The notes: generated by a model from the sequence alone, not told the origin. A stretch of DNA of 40,537 nucleotides from Promethearchaeota archaeon (GCA_048941065.1 JBHLNY010000003.1:1-40537); one strand, 5' to 3'. Counted from the stretch's first letter, positions 28,448 to 38,496 are shown. Numbers and translations: made by a program.

Positions 28448-29656
28448 TTGGTAAAACTAGAAATAGAAAAATTAAACCCTTCTGTGTTCATTGGAGATAA
28501 ATTACATATTAGGACTAAATTTAATTTTGAGGACGATACTTCTATTCTATGGAGTGGTATTAGATTAATTACTAATCCTCCCTGTGCTAAAGAACTTCAT
28601 ATTTCAAAAGAAGAAATATTTTCTAAAGGAAAATTCGAAGCAGGTAAATACATAAGAGAAAAGGCACTATTGATAAAAAATAATGTCGTGCCTACAATAA
28701 AAAATAGAAATCTAAATTATTTTATTAAATTAATTTTAAGACAACCCCATCCTCTTAATCCAGAAGAAGATTTGGTTATTAACAGAACTCAAGATATAGA
28801 AATTAAAACAAAAGATTCAGAACTTCAAACTAAAACACCAAAACCAATTTCATTTTCAATATCAGGCTTAAATGTGCTTCTTACTAAGGACATTTTTAAA
28901 CCAGGAGAAACTATTAAAATTAGTTTCACATCTGAGGAAATAAAACAAATTGAAGTACGATTACTACAAGAAGCGAACTTAGTCTGTTATTGTGAAGCAT
29001 ATGGACAAAATTGCCGAAAAGTTGAAGAACTTCCACCAGCTATTGCTGGAGATGCCAGAACGACTGATATTGATAAAGGATTTTTACTTTTAAAGGTTCC
29101 TGAAATTGCTGAACCAAGTCATAATTATTTATGGGAACCTACAGAAAAGGAATATTGGGGTTTCAAATATGGTGATTATACAAAATGGTCTCTTTTAATA
29201 ATAGGTAAGAAGAAACCTGAATATGGGAAAGAATTAATTAAATTTGAATTACCCATCTCAATAATAGCGAAACCTATTGTTGAAAGTAAAAAAGAGATAG
29301 ATATATTTTCGGGGGAACCTGTTGGAGCTCCTTCTTTGTTTGATGGAATCTCCTCTAAGTTTCAAAAAATCTATAAAATTGTTTCGATAGATTCGGATTT
29401 AGAAAAATATATTTTAAGAATAAAGAATATCTCTAAGAAAGATCTCGAGGGGGTCACTGTAAAAGTATCAGGGCTTCAAGAGGGTATTTTTGAGACTGCT
29501 CCAAACTTAACTGGATTTAATAAATGGAAACATGATGAAGAGAAACAAATTGTATATGAGACTAAACAGAATATTTCTGCACTGATATCTTTAATCTCTG
29601 ATAACTCTCAACAGAGTATAAGAATTCAATCACCAGTTTCTTCCGATTTTTTTTAG
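28448..29656 (+). CDS. Alpha-arrestin/Vps26-fold-like protein with extra C-terminal beta-sandwich domain
   Basis: GKFEAGKY..VVPT..LNYFIKLILRQP (arrestin_N-like); KDIFKPGETIKI..IKQIEVRLLQ..LKVPEIAEPS..FELPISI (arrestin_C-like); recognised by pattern only. Confidence 0.6.
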   Translation: MVKLEIEKLNPSVFIGDKLHIRTKFNFEDDTSILWSGIRLITNPPCAKELHISKEEIFSKGKFEAGKYIREKALLIKNNVVPTIKNRNLNYFIKLILRQPHPLNPEEDLVINRTQDIEIKTKDSELQTKTPKPISFSISGLNVLLTKDIFKPGETIKISFTSEEIKQIEVRLLQEANLVCYCEAYGQNCRKVEELPPAIAGDARTTDIDKGFLLLKVPEIAEPSHNYLWEPTEKEYWGFKYGDYTKWSLLIIGKKKPEYGKELIKFELPISIIAKPIVESKKEIDIFSGEPVGAPSLFDGISSKFQKIYKIVSIDSDLEKYILRIKNISKKDLEGVTVKVSGLQEGIFETAPNLTGFNKWKHDEEKQIVYETKQNISALISLISDNSQQSIRIQSPVSSDFF

Positions 29657-29688
29657 CTTATTATTTAAAAAATATTTAATTTAAAGAG

Positions 29689-30504
29689 TTGGTTAATTTT
29701 ACTTCACAAAACGATATACTAACTAAATCAATGATGTATTCCTTTTATTTTGAGGATCCTAAAGAACCAATTGAAAGAGAATTTGATAATGTTAGATTGA
29801 AATATTTATATTTTGAATCTGAATTGAAATTTAAAACCAATAAGAATGAAGCATTAAATGGTTCTTTATTGGAAGGGAAGGCAGTTTTAACTTATGATAA
29901 TGGAAAAATTGATTTAAACCAATTTGATATTTTTTTTATCCCTCCTGAAAAAGAATTCATTTTTCAACCAATATCTAAAAAAAGAAATAAAATATGCCTG
30001 GTTTTTACTCTTTCAGTAAATCACGAGGATGCTGAATTTGAGATTCAACGTTTTAATTTAAATAATTTTATTCCGAGAGGAGAATTAGGATCAGAACAAA
30101 AGATGACGACCTATAGAACTGTTTGGACTGCAATAAAGAACGATTTTTTTATGTCTGGCTTCACAAATATACCGAAGGAATCGTTAGAAAAAGGAGTTGT
30201 AACAAGCGTAAATTTAGAAGAGAATGAAATTTATTCTCATGTCCATCCTGATTTTCCAGAAGTCTATATATATTGTATTGATGATCTACATTTCGCTGTG
30301 ACTCAATATCTTATAAATTCTAAAGGTCAATCTGTTTGCAAGGATCTAACTAATGGAGAAGGCGTCTTTTTTCCTGGCAGTTTAGGTCATATTAACTTTT
30401 CTAAGCCATTTTATCACAATCTTAGATATTGTTTATATTTATGGATAATTCCTACATTTGGTAAAGCTGATGATATAAAGCCTTTTACGCTAAAATTTAG
30501 CTAA
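29689..30504 (+). CDS. Cupin-fold isomerase, IolB/KduI-like
   Basis: SHVHPDFPEVYIY..GVFFPGSLGH..LYLWI metal-binding pattern. Confidence 0.6.
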   Translation: MVNFTSQNDILTKSMMYSFYFEDPKEPIEREFDNVRLKYLYFESELKFKTNKNEALNGSLLEGKAVLTYDNGKIDLNQFDIFFIPPEKEFIFQPISKKRNKICLVFTLSVNHEDAEFEIQRFNLNNFIPRGELGSEQKMTTYRTVWTAIKNDFFMSGFTNIPKESLEKGVVTSVNLEENEIYSHVHPDFPEVYIYCIDDLHFAVTQYLINSKGQSVCKDLTNGEGVFFPGSLGHINFSKPFYHNLRYCLYLWIIPTFGKADDIKPFTLKFS

Positions 30505-31090
30505 CAGTTGAGATTAATTGGTTTTTATAATAGTCCTTAAATATTAATCTCAAAATATTCTCAAAAGAAGCAAGAATACCATGACCATTGATTGCAATAG
30601 TATATTCGGTATCAATGTTATCATATTTTTTATAATCTATCGCATCTAAGAAATCTTTTGAACTAAATTTATTAGGTAAGTCTTGTTTATTAAAGGCAAT
30701 AACTTTTGGAATTTTTATTAGAGAATCTTGGAAATAATTTTCCAATTCGTCCCAAGAGATAATATTTCGTTCATAGACACTTTTTTGAGAATCTGCTACA
30801 AAAATTATTCCATCAACTGCCCTTAAAGTTATGGGACGGGTTATCAAGTAAAAGTCCTGACCTGTAGTACTATAAGCATGAATTTTGATCTTCCATAAAT
30901 CATTACGGAATAATACAGTTCCATAATCAAAAAATAATGTTCTCTTAAGTGTGCTTTCAATACTATACACTCTATCTTTTTTACCAAAATGATTAAAAAG
31001 GGCTTTTAAAGAAGTTGTCTTGCCTGATAATGCTGGTCCAAAATAAACGACCTTAATTTGAATGCTTTTTTCTTCAGCAAAAATTATCAT
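30497..31090 (-). CDS. MglA-family small GTPase
   Basis: IKVVYFGPALSGKTT, RTLFFDY, TTGQ, VDGIIFVADSQ, NKQDLP. Confidence 0.88.
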   Translation of the reverse strand: MIIFAEEKSIQIKVVYFGPALSGKTTSLKALFNHFGKKDRVYSIESTLKRTLFFDYGTVLFRNDLWKIKIHAYSTTGQDFYLITRPITLRAVDGIIFVADSQKSVYERNIISWDELENYFQDSLIKIPKVIAFNKQDLPNKFSSKDFLDAIDYKKYDNIDTEYTIAINGHGILASFENILRLIFKDYYKNQLISTVS

Positions 31091-31174
31091 AATCTGATAG
31101 AGCTAATTTTAACTTAATTCTAAAAATAGACTTATAAAAGCCGAGAATTTTTAAAAGGTCCTTGAGAAAAGATA

Positions 31175-31573
31175 TTAAAATTTTAGTAGGTCCCCCTCTA
31201 CTTCACAAGCTAAAAGATTTCTTAAAATTAATAATTCAATTTCTCTCCTTAAAATATCATCACTTAATTCTAATTTAGTTTTTTTTCTAATAAATGAACT
31301 TAATTCTTGAAAAGAAATAATTTTTTTGCTTTTAGAAAGATAATAAATATTTTTCAATATTACTTGCTGATTATAGAGAGAATTGCAATTAGAATCAAGT
31401 TGATATAACTTATGGGTTAGATTATAATCAAAATCTCCCTTCTTCTCCACATTTTTCATTTTTTCTATTAAATTAATGGCTTCATTGTATCTTTCTTCTT
31501 TCATTAAATCTTGAGCTTTATTTAGTTGTTTAACAAACTCTTTATCATCCATAATGAAATAATCAACATTCAA
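31175..31573 (-). CDS. Hypothetical protein, helical N-terminus plus winged-helix (PCI-like) C-terminus
   Basis: TPR-like KAQDLMKEERYNEAINLIEK; ISFQELS..LSDDILRREIELLILRNLLACEVEGDLLKF. Confidence 0.5.
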   Translation of the reverse strand: MNVDYFIMDDKEFVKQLNKAQDLMKEERYNEAINLIEKMKNVEKKGDFDYNLTHKLYQLDSNCNSLYNQQVILKNIYYLSKSKKIISFQELSSFIRKKTKLELSDDILRREIELLILRNLLACEVEGDLLKF

Positions 31574-31623
31574 TTATTAATATCTTTAATATTATTTTTT
31601 AAATATTAAATCTTTTTTTATGC

Positions 31624-32427
31624 TTAAATTGTTTTCATGCTTTCAATTCTTTTGATGGTTGTTAATGCAATTTTAGCTTCAAGATACACACATTCCTTAT
31701 AATTCTTACTTCCCCAAGGAATATTCCATCCTTCAAGTAAATTACAATAACTATAGAAAATAGCACCAAACTTAACTCCTTTTAATTTACATATGGTTGC
31801 AAGAACATTTAATTCCCCATTTTCCATAGAAATCACGCCCTTATTTTGTAGTTTGCCTATTTCTTCACGTGTTATTGTATAAAATGCTTCTTTAGAACAA
31901 TTCTTGCCCGTATGATAATTATTAGTCCGGTTTTTTGTTTCTTCAACCAAGATTTCAACAATTCTAGGATCTATATCTAATTCTTCGTCTATTTCTCTTC
32001 CATAATGAATTGAAGTACCATCAATTCCAATTCCATGTGTTGGAATAATATAATCAAGAATTTTTACATTTTTCCCAATTCCCCAAGCACCACACACAAG
32101 TAATATTACTTTTGCTCCACAAGAGATAAGATCTTCTGTTAGTGAAGAAATTGGCGATGCTCCCATTGGTGGAGAAATAGCTGTAATTGGAATCCCTTGA
32201 TAGTTCCCTTTAAACATTTCACCTGCAGCATATGGATGATAAGAAGCGAGCCATTCAATCTTCTCTAAATTGGCTTCTTTTTTTAAATATTCCAACAAGG
32301 ATCCAGAGAAAAATAGGATTACATAAGGATCCACATTAAAATCTTCTCTTTTTTTCTTTGAGACTCTCACAGCCGTTTTTATAACGTCTTCTGATGATAC
32401 ACAATATTTTTTACTCATTTCTACCAA
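31624..32427 (-). CDS. Nucleoside phosphorylase (PNP/UDP family)
   Basis: PMGASP..EDLISCGAK..CGAWGI..DGTSIHY..EAFYT..SMENGE. Confidence 0.8.
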   Translation of the reverse strand: MVEMSKKYCVSSEDVIKTAVRVSKKKREDFNVDPYVILFFSGSLLEYLKKEANLEKIEWLASYHPYAAGEMFKGNYQGIPITAISPPMGASPISSLTEDLISCGAKVILLVCGAWGIGKNVKILDYIIPTHGIGIDGTSIHYGREIDEELDIDPRIVEILVEETKNRTNNYHTGKNCSKEAFYTITREEIGKLQNKGVISMENGELNVLATICKLKGVKFGAIFYSYCNLLEGWNIPWGSKNYKECVYLEAKIALTTIKRIESMKTI

Positions 32428-32605
32428 TATTTAATATTAAGATATTAATGATTTCATTATGAAATTTGATTACCTTTCTTTTATTAATTTTATTGGATAA
32501 TTTCTTGTTAAATGTAAATATTTTGAATAAAGATTAATAAAATATAAAACAAAGGTTTTAAGAGTTAATTTTTATATTCTATATTAAGAATTATAATATT
32601 ATTGA

Positions 32606-32845
32606 GTGAAGATAATGGATAAAGAAAAAGTTAAACAAGTAATTGATAAGATTCGTCCACAACTACAAATGGATGGGGGCGACGTGGAACTTCTTAGTGT
32701 AGAAGATGATGGTACTGTAAAGGTTAAGCTTTTGGGACATTGTGCTGGATGCCCTTACAGTCAACAGACAGTAAAGATGGGTATTGAACGAGCACTTAAA
32801 CAATTTGTACCAGAAGTTAAAGAAGTCGTCAGTGTTCCATACTAA
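32606..32845 (+). CDS. NifU C-terminal domain (Nfu) Fe-S carrier
   Basis: IRPQLQMDGGDVEL..GHCAGCPYSQQTVKMGIE. Confidence 0.93.
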   Translation: MKIMDKEKVKQVIDKIRPQLQMDGGDVELLSVEDDGTVKVKLLGHCAGCPYSQQTVKMGIERALKQFVPEVKEVVSVPY

Positions 32846-32945
32846 AATATTTCAGTTAAAACAATTTTTTCATACTCTTTTTTTAAAAAGTGATAATTGG
32901 AACGAAAACAGATTTTTCTAAATAAAAAAAAATAAAAAGAGAGAG

Positions 32946-33473
32946 TTAAATATACCTTTTCGTTAAAATCACGTCTTTGCCCAAATCTTGACTGTAAGTA
33001 AGTAGAAGATCTAGAATTTGTCTTCCCTTCAATTGTTTAAAAAAATGAAATTTAATATACTTAACTATTCTTTTAGAATCCTGACGATAGAAATGAATCC
33101 TAAAATCGACTCTATTTCTGGTGGTAGCTTGAGTTAATCCTATGTGATGACCTTTCACTTTCAATCTCATATAATCAAACTCTGACCAGTAAGTTGATTT
33201 TGTATGATGAGGTCCAATAATTTCAAATTTTTCTTTATCAATTACAAATCTTATCCAAAGTTTAAAGTAATAAAAATAAAAAGAAGCGAGACCAAGAGGC
33301 AGAAGTACAAGGCAATCGATAAAAATAAATACTGATAGCAAAATACCACCTTCAACAATTGCAAAACCAGTGATTATCATTAAGGGAACTGCAAAACAAA
33401 GCGTAAGACCAATTAAACCATAAGTTCTAAATTTGTGAGATTCAAATACTTCCATAGGTTTTATATAAAACAT
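32946..33473 (-). CDS. Hypothetical membrane protein (2 TM plus basic soluble domain)
   Basis: 175 aa ORF, two N-terminal hydrophobic helices. Confidence 0.6.
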   Translation of the reverse strand: MFYIKPMEVFESHKFRTYGLIGLTLCFAVPLMIITGFAIVEGGILLSVFIFIDCLVLLPLGLASFYFYYFKLWIRFVIDKEKFEIIGPHHTKSTYWSEFDYMRLKVKGHHIGLTQATTRNRVDFRIHFYRQDSKRIVKYIKFHFFKQLKGRQILDLLLTYSQDLGKDVILTKRYI

Positions 33474-33733
33474 ATTATTTTTTAAAACTTAACTAAAAAG
33501 AAGCATTGTATAAATAGACTCTTTTGTAAAGTTTGTTAAAAATTTAAATATAACTCAGATTTCAATCTGATTTTTCAAAAGAGATTATAAATAGCTATCA
33601 TCTTCTTTACAATAATTTTTATAGAATTACAACCTTCTCTTAAATGAATTCACAACACTCACTAAATCTTTAAAAATTATAAATGTAAAGAATTAAACCT
33701 TTAAAATTTCTTAGTAATTATTTATTTCACATT

Positions 33734-34417
33734 TTATTGATTTAGGAAATATAAAATATTATTACTATGACTTTTTTTGGAGATTACTCCAATTTCTTCC
33801 AAAATAGTTAAGTATTTTTGAACTGTATTTATGTGCATCCCTAAATTGGCGGAAAGTTGAGTTTTATTAACACCGGAATTATTTATTTTTAAGTAATCAA
33901 TCAATTTCTTACACTTTTTATTTGAGAGGTAATAATTTACTTTAACTTCTTCAAAATTTGTTTCTGAATCAAAATAAACATCATGGTTCTCGAGTTTTTC
34001 TTTTTTGATATAATTAAATTTTACGAGCATATTAAGATGCCATACAACTATATGGTTGCTAATATTGAGTCCTGAGACAATTTTATTAAAATATGTACCT
34101 GGATTTTTTACTATAAAATTATATATTCTTGTTCTTTTAATATTGTGAAGGATTTCTTCACTAGTTAATTTAGATCCCTCCACGATTAAATTTTTTTTTA
34201 CTAAAGATTTGAGTAAAGTTTCTATTCCATTTGTATTTATGTTAATTGAAGCTCTCCTGAATCTTGATTGGATGAACGGAAGTACTTTTTCAATATTAAA
34301 ATACCTATTTTTGTTTAAGTATTCTCGAACTACATTTAAAACAATTTCTTCTTGTTCTGATAGGATTATAGACATACTCATAACATTTTGCATTACTAGC
34401 ACTTCAGGAACTATCAC
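33734..34417 (-). CDS. Winged-helix (ArsR/HTH-type) transcriptional regulator with tandem HTH domains
   Basis: RTRIYNFIVKNPGTYFNKI..WHLNMLVK and GVNKTQLSANLGMHINTVQKYLTILEEIGVI; start overlaps upstream stop (GTGA) or lies at a downstream ATG. Confidence 0.8.
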   Translation of the reverse strand: MIVPEVLVMQNVMSMSIILSEQEEIVLNVVREYLNKNRYFNIEKVLPFIQSRFRRASININTNGIETLLKSLVKKNLIVEGSKLTSEEILHNIKRTRIYNFIVKNPGTYFNKIVSGLNISNHIVVWHLNMLVKFNYIKKEKLENHDVYFDSETNFEEVKVNYYLSNKKCKKLIDYLKINNSGVNKTQLSANLGMHINTVQKYLTILEEIGVISKKSHSNNILYFLNQ

Positions 34418-35712
34418 ATTTTGCTTTTTTCCATCATTTCTCTAATTATCTCTTCTCTTTCTTTTGGAGTTAACGCAAGCATCTCCTTGATAAATTCTTT
34501 TTTTTCATCTAAATCCCATTCAAATGTTTCTAGAGCTTTTAAAAAGTCTTGAGATAATGCAGTTAAGGGTACATCACCTAATTTTGCAATTTTCTCCAAC
34601 GCATTTTTTTCATCGAAAACTTGAAGTATTGAATGACTAATCTTCTTTGAAATTCCTTTTTTATCCTCATCAAGTAATGGAACTATATTTCTACTACTTA
34701 TAAAATGGTGAACAGTATAAGTAATAGCTATAGCAATACCAATAAGCAGAATTAGACCAATGAAAATAAAGGGGAAAAAGGGTTTCCATTTTGACTTCAC
34801 TATCTCTGTAATGCCAATTTTAGGATCATGATAAATATGAATTCCTCGTTGGTAATTGATATAAATCTTTTGTTCTTGATTATCATCATCGTCTACTTGG
34901 ATATCACTAACTTGAACTTTGTTAGGAATGCCATCAACAGTAGCATTCTCACTCCATGTAAAAAAACCTAAAAAAGTTTTATTGTTTTCGACGACTCCCT
35001 GCTCATTTGTTGCATAATGTTTTTTCTCATCAGGTGTATCATCTTCTTTTTCATAATCTATTTCTGAAGTGAGTTTTACGTATAAGGCAAGTTGAGAGTT
35101 GTCATCGGTATAGTTGAAATTATTGATTTCAATATCAATTTTGGCTTCTGTAGGAGTAATTAGTGTTTCATTAATCATATCAAATTCTTCGGAAATATGT
35201 AAAATAGCAGTAAATATACCATCAGTAGTGTTTACTATAAAACAATGTGAGGCACAATCACTTGAGATATTTGATACAATATAAATCACATTTTGAAAGG
35301 AATCTAATGCTACTTCTTGAATAACTTGATCAGATAATTCATTATAGATCCCATCAGAATCAAGATCGACATATTCGATGATTTTACGGAAAACTATACC
35401 AAATTCTAACTCAAATTCAGATTCTGATTCGCTATCATATTCTGATTCATAACTTACCTCAACATGAAACCCCTCTGTATTATTTTTAAGAACAAATTCA
35501 ATCTCGTCAACAGTATCCCCATTTCTTAAAATTGATTCAATTTCTATCTTATCTTCTTCAAACTCTATTTCTATATTTCTTTTATTTTTTTCTTCAAAAT
35601 CATCATCTACTCCATCACCATCATCATCAGAAGCAATGGAGAATCCAATGATAGAATTAAAAAATAAAAGACTAAATAAAAATAAGCTTAATATATAGTA
35701 TTTTTTCCCCAT
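34414..35712 (-). CDS. Acidic secreted, membrane-anchored protein with cytoplasmic tail; paralog of 35917-36942
   Basis: Signal peptide, DDDGDGVDD and YVDLDSDGIY Ca-binding-like motifs, IYHDPKIG, TM helix, ~95-aa cytoplasmic tail. Confidence 0.75.
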   Translation of the reverse strand: MGKKYYILSLFLFSLLFFNSIIGFSIASDDDGDGVDDDFEEKNKRNIEIEFEEDKIEIESILRNGDTVDEIEFVLKNNTEGFHVEVSYESEYDSESESEFELEFGIVFRKIIEYVDLDSDGIYNELSDQVIQEVALDSFQNVIYIVSNISSDCASHCFIVNTTDGIFTAILHISEEFDMINETLITPTEAKIDIEINNFNYTDDNSQLALYVKLTSEIDYEKEDDTPDEKKHYATNEQGVVENNKTFLGFFTWSENATVDGIPNKVQVSDIQVDDDDNQEQKIYINYQRGIHIYHDPKIGITEIVKSKWKPFFPFIFIGLILLIGIAIAITYTVHHFISSRNIVPLLDEDKKGISKKISHSILQVFDEKNALEKIAKLGDVPLTALSQDFLKALETFEWDLDEKKEFIKEMLALTPKEREEIIREMMEKSKM

Positions 35713-35797
35713 CTTAGTACTCTCAAAATAGTCTCTTTTTTGTTTTGTTTTAAATTTTTTTTAAAATCGTATCTGCCTATTTAATGCATTATTTAAC

Positions 35798-35825
35798 ATA
35801 TAAAGCAAACTGGTAAATTTCTGAA
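35798..35825 (-). promoter_or_regulatory. Shared promoter motif copy 1: TTCAGAAATTTACCAG-N5-TTTATAT
   Basis: 23/28 nt identical to 37021-37048; TATA box 86 nt upstream of ATG 35712. Confidence 0.65.
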
Positions 35826-35916
35826 GTACAGAAGTTTTAAATTTATTTTTTATTCATTACTATTATTTTAAGAAATTAGAAAAAAAAATTTGTTATTTTA
35901 AAATATAAATAGCTGT

Positions 35917-36942
35917 TTATGCTGTTCTACGTCTTCTTATAGCAATGATCGTTAAGATAGCAACTAATGCGATGATAGATCCAATAGAGATTGAAAGAAT
36001 AACTGGTGAAAGTGAAGATTGTGAATTTAAGGCCATAATACCTATTTTTGGATCATGATAAATATGCATTCCTCTGGGATAATTAAGATAAAGTTTTTGT
36101 TCGTAGTCATCATCATTATCAACCTGAATTTCGCTCGCTAATACTTTCTGAGACACTCCATCAATAGTGGCATTCTCAGTCCAAGTAAAGAATCCTGCAA
36201 ACCCATTATTAGATGTATATACACCTTCTTCATCTTCAGCATATCCTTTTTCCTCATCTTCCGTATGATCGTCTTCTTCATAGTCCGTTTCAGATTCAAG
36301 TTTTACATATAAAGCAAGTTGGGAATCACCATCGTTATAATCGAAATTGTTAATTTCTATATCAATCTTAGTTTCAGTAGGAGTAATTAAAGTATCATTG
36401 ACAATTGAAAATTCCTCTGACAAATAGATATGAGCTGTAAATACACCATCAGTCGTATTTACTATAAAGTAATGCAATTGAGTATCAAGAGATAGATCCA
36501 TTACGGTATAAATTGCTGGTTGAAATGAATTTAAAGCAATTTCTTGAACCTTTTGATCTATTGATTCATCGTAAACGCCATTATCATTGAGATCAACATA
36601 TTCTATAAGCTTTCTGAATGTCACTTCAAACTCTAGCTCAATTTCTGTTTCATTTTCAGATTCAGTTTCAATTTCGGATTCATAACCAATTTCAATATTA
36701 AGCCCTTCAGAATCATATTTTATAGTTAATTCGATTTCATCTTCCTGGTCACCGTTTCTTTGTGTTGATTTAAGTTGTATTTCATTACTATCAACCTGAA
36801 TTTCTATATCTCTTTTACTTAATTCTTCTAAATCATCATCTACACCATCATCATCGTCATCAGAAGCAACTGCTAATCCAAGTCCCAAATTAAAAACCAA
36901 TATTCCTAATAAGAAAAGTCCAATAAAATTATATTTTTTCAT
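35917..36942 (-). CDS. Acidic secreted protein with C-terminal TM anchor and basic tail
   Basis: Signal peptide, DDDDDGVDD, YVDLNDNGVY, LITPTETKIDIEINNF and IYHDPKIG shared with paralog, TM then RRRR. Confidence 0.78.
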   Translation of the reverse strand: MKKYNFIGLFLLGILVFNLGLGLAVASDDDDDGVDDDLEELSKRDIEIQVDSNEIQLKSTQRNGDQEDEIELTIKYDSEGLNIEIGYESEIETESENETEIELEFEVTFRKLIEYVDLNDNGVYDESIDQKVQEIALNSFQPAIYTVMDLSLDTQLHYFIVNTTDGVFTAHIYLSEEFSIVNDTLITPTETKIDIEINNFDYNDGDSQLALYVKLESETDYEEDDHTEDEEKGYAEDEEGVYTSNNGFAGFFTWTENATIDGVSQKVLASEIQVDNDDDYEQKLYLNYPRGMHIYHDPKIGIMALNSQSSLSPVILSISIGSIIALVAILTIIAIRRRRTA

Positions 36943-37020
36943 TATTTTATAACCCCTAATTTCATAGTTTTTTTATAAATTATAATAATTAGTTCTATGT
37001 TACTATGGTTCAAGGTCGTT

Positions 37021-37048
37021 ATATAAAATAGTCTGGTAAATTTTTGAA
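37021..37048 (-). promoter_or_regulatory. Shared promoter motif copy 2: TTCAAAAATTTACCAG-N5-TTTATAT
   Basis: Same motif and spacing as 35798-35825; TATA box 79 nt upstream of ATG 36942. Confidence 0.65.
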
Positions 37049-37236
37049 CCAAATCTTTTTATAAATATTGATTTTAGTAGATCTTTCAAGAATAATGATT
37101 TTAACAATTTTTGGAGAGAACTTATTAGAAGAGTGGTATATTAGCAACTGTATTGAATAGAATTTTTAGAAAAGTTAATTATCTTAGCATAATTTATAAA
37201 GATATAATTCTTAAAATTTCTAATTTTGAATAGATT

Positions 37237-38496
37237 ATGAATGAAACTAATAACGATAAAAAAGTAGAAACAGAAACTTCAAAAAAACAAGAGGAAGAAA
37301 AGCCAAAATATAAAGGACGAGTTAAAAAAACACAGGGTCAATTGATTCAGGAAGCTCTTGGTTTAAGTCCAATAGTTATCCAAGATGTTGAGAAAAAACT
37401 TTTTATGGCACGTTTTTTGGATTTTTTTTCTGAAGAGACACTAGATTTTATCTTTAATGATCGTACAATAGAACAATATACAAATCAAATAGGTACTTAT
37501 ATGGTATCTTTAAGAGAAAGTAAAGAGGAAGAAGATAAATTATTAACGCAAAGTTTCGAATCAAAGAAAATATTTGAGATTATAAAAAGAGTAAAAACTA
37601 ACGCAGAAGAACTTGCTATTAGCAAGGGTATAAAAACTTCAATGAATAAAAGGTTGCGTAGATTAACTTTATTAATCTCTATCCCTATGATTGCTCTAAT
37701 TTTTGGATTATCATTAATAGAAGGAATACTTTTCTTTCTCTTACCGGTATTTTGTCTATTTTGTATGGTACCCCAATTAATTAAAGGAAGCATTGTAAAG
37801 AAATGGTTTCAATTTAAAGATCAAAATAAAGATGAGGTATATACAAAAAATAGAGAGGACTTCCTGATTCTAAAAGGTTTTGCAAGCGAAATATTAGATA
37901 ATGTCAGGTCAAAGCTTATTGAATTGAAAGTTCCACTTCAATTGATAAAATTTACGTTATTCAGTAGGGATTATGAGAATCTCAGAATGATCAGTCACAA
38001 AAATGTAAGAGGGACTAATCAGTTTTTTTATACTTTTGACTATCCTCCAGATATAGAACCATTTCCTATACCTCAGAACCTTCAGCAATATGAAACTCCA
38101 ATTTTTCCGGATAAAGGTAAAGCAGAAAAACGTGAAAAAAATTTTATTATTCTCGCAGATATGAAAGGAAACGATGGAATAATTATGAATTTTATTCCAA
38201 CTCTCAAAGATGATTTAGCTGATAAAATTAATGACATGTTAAATGAATGTGAATTTAATAAAGCACCTGATGATTTCAAGAAAATAATTCCTGGTTATTC
38301 CCAAAACTTGGCAATATTTTGTCTATGCGGCGATGTTGCTAACATTAAGAATGTTCAAATTTGCAATTGGAAAAACCAGTTTAAATTTTACTTATTTGAG
38401 GGAAAAGAATGCAAATGCGGAGAAAGAATTTATGCTCTTTCAATAATGGATGAATCAGATGAAATACCAGAAGAATTGAAAGACATTTTTTCTTAA
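37237..38496 (+). CDS. Hypothetical membrane protein with TM hairpin and C-terminal Cys (zinc-ribbon-like) domain
   Basis: 419 aa; central hydrophobic hairpin; FCLCG..ECKCG near the C-terminus. Confidence 0.65.
   Translation: MNETNNDKKVETETSKKQEEEKPKYKGRVKKTQGQLIQEALGLSPIVIQDVEKKLFMARFLDFFSEETLDFIFNDRTIEQYTNQIGTYMVSLRESKEEEDKLLTQSFESKKIFEIIKRVKTNAEELAISKGIKTSMNKRLRRLTLLISIPMIALIFGLSLIEGILFFLLPVFCLFCMVPQLIKGSIVKKWFQFKDQNKDEVYTKNREDFLILKGFASEILDNVRSKLIELKVPLQLIKFTLFSRDYENLRMISHKNVRGTNQFFYTFDYPPDIEPFPIPQNLQQYETPIFPDKGKAEKREKNFIILADMKGNDGIIMNFIPTLKDDLADKINDMLNECEFNKAPDDFKKIIPGYSQNLAIFCLCGDVANIKNVQICNWKNQFKFYLFEGKECKCGERIYALSIMDESDEIPEELKDIFS

Noticed and set aside
30497-30504. Convergent stop-codon overlaps (8 nt here, 4 nt at 38493-38496)
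   Set aside because: Common in compact AT-rich genomes; no evidence of a regulatory role.
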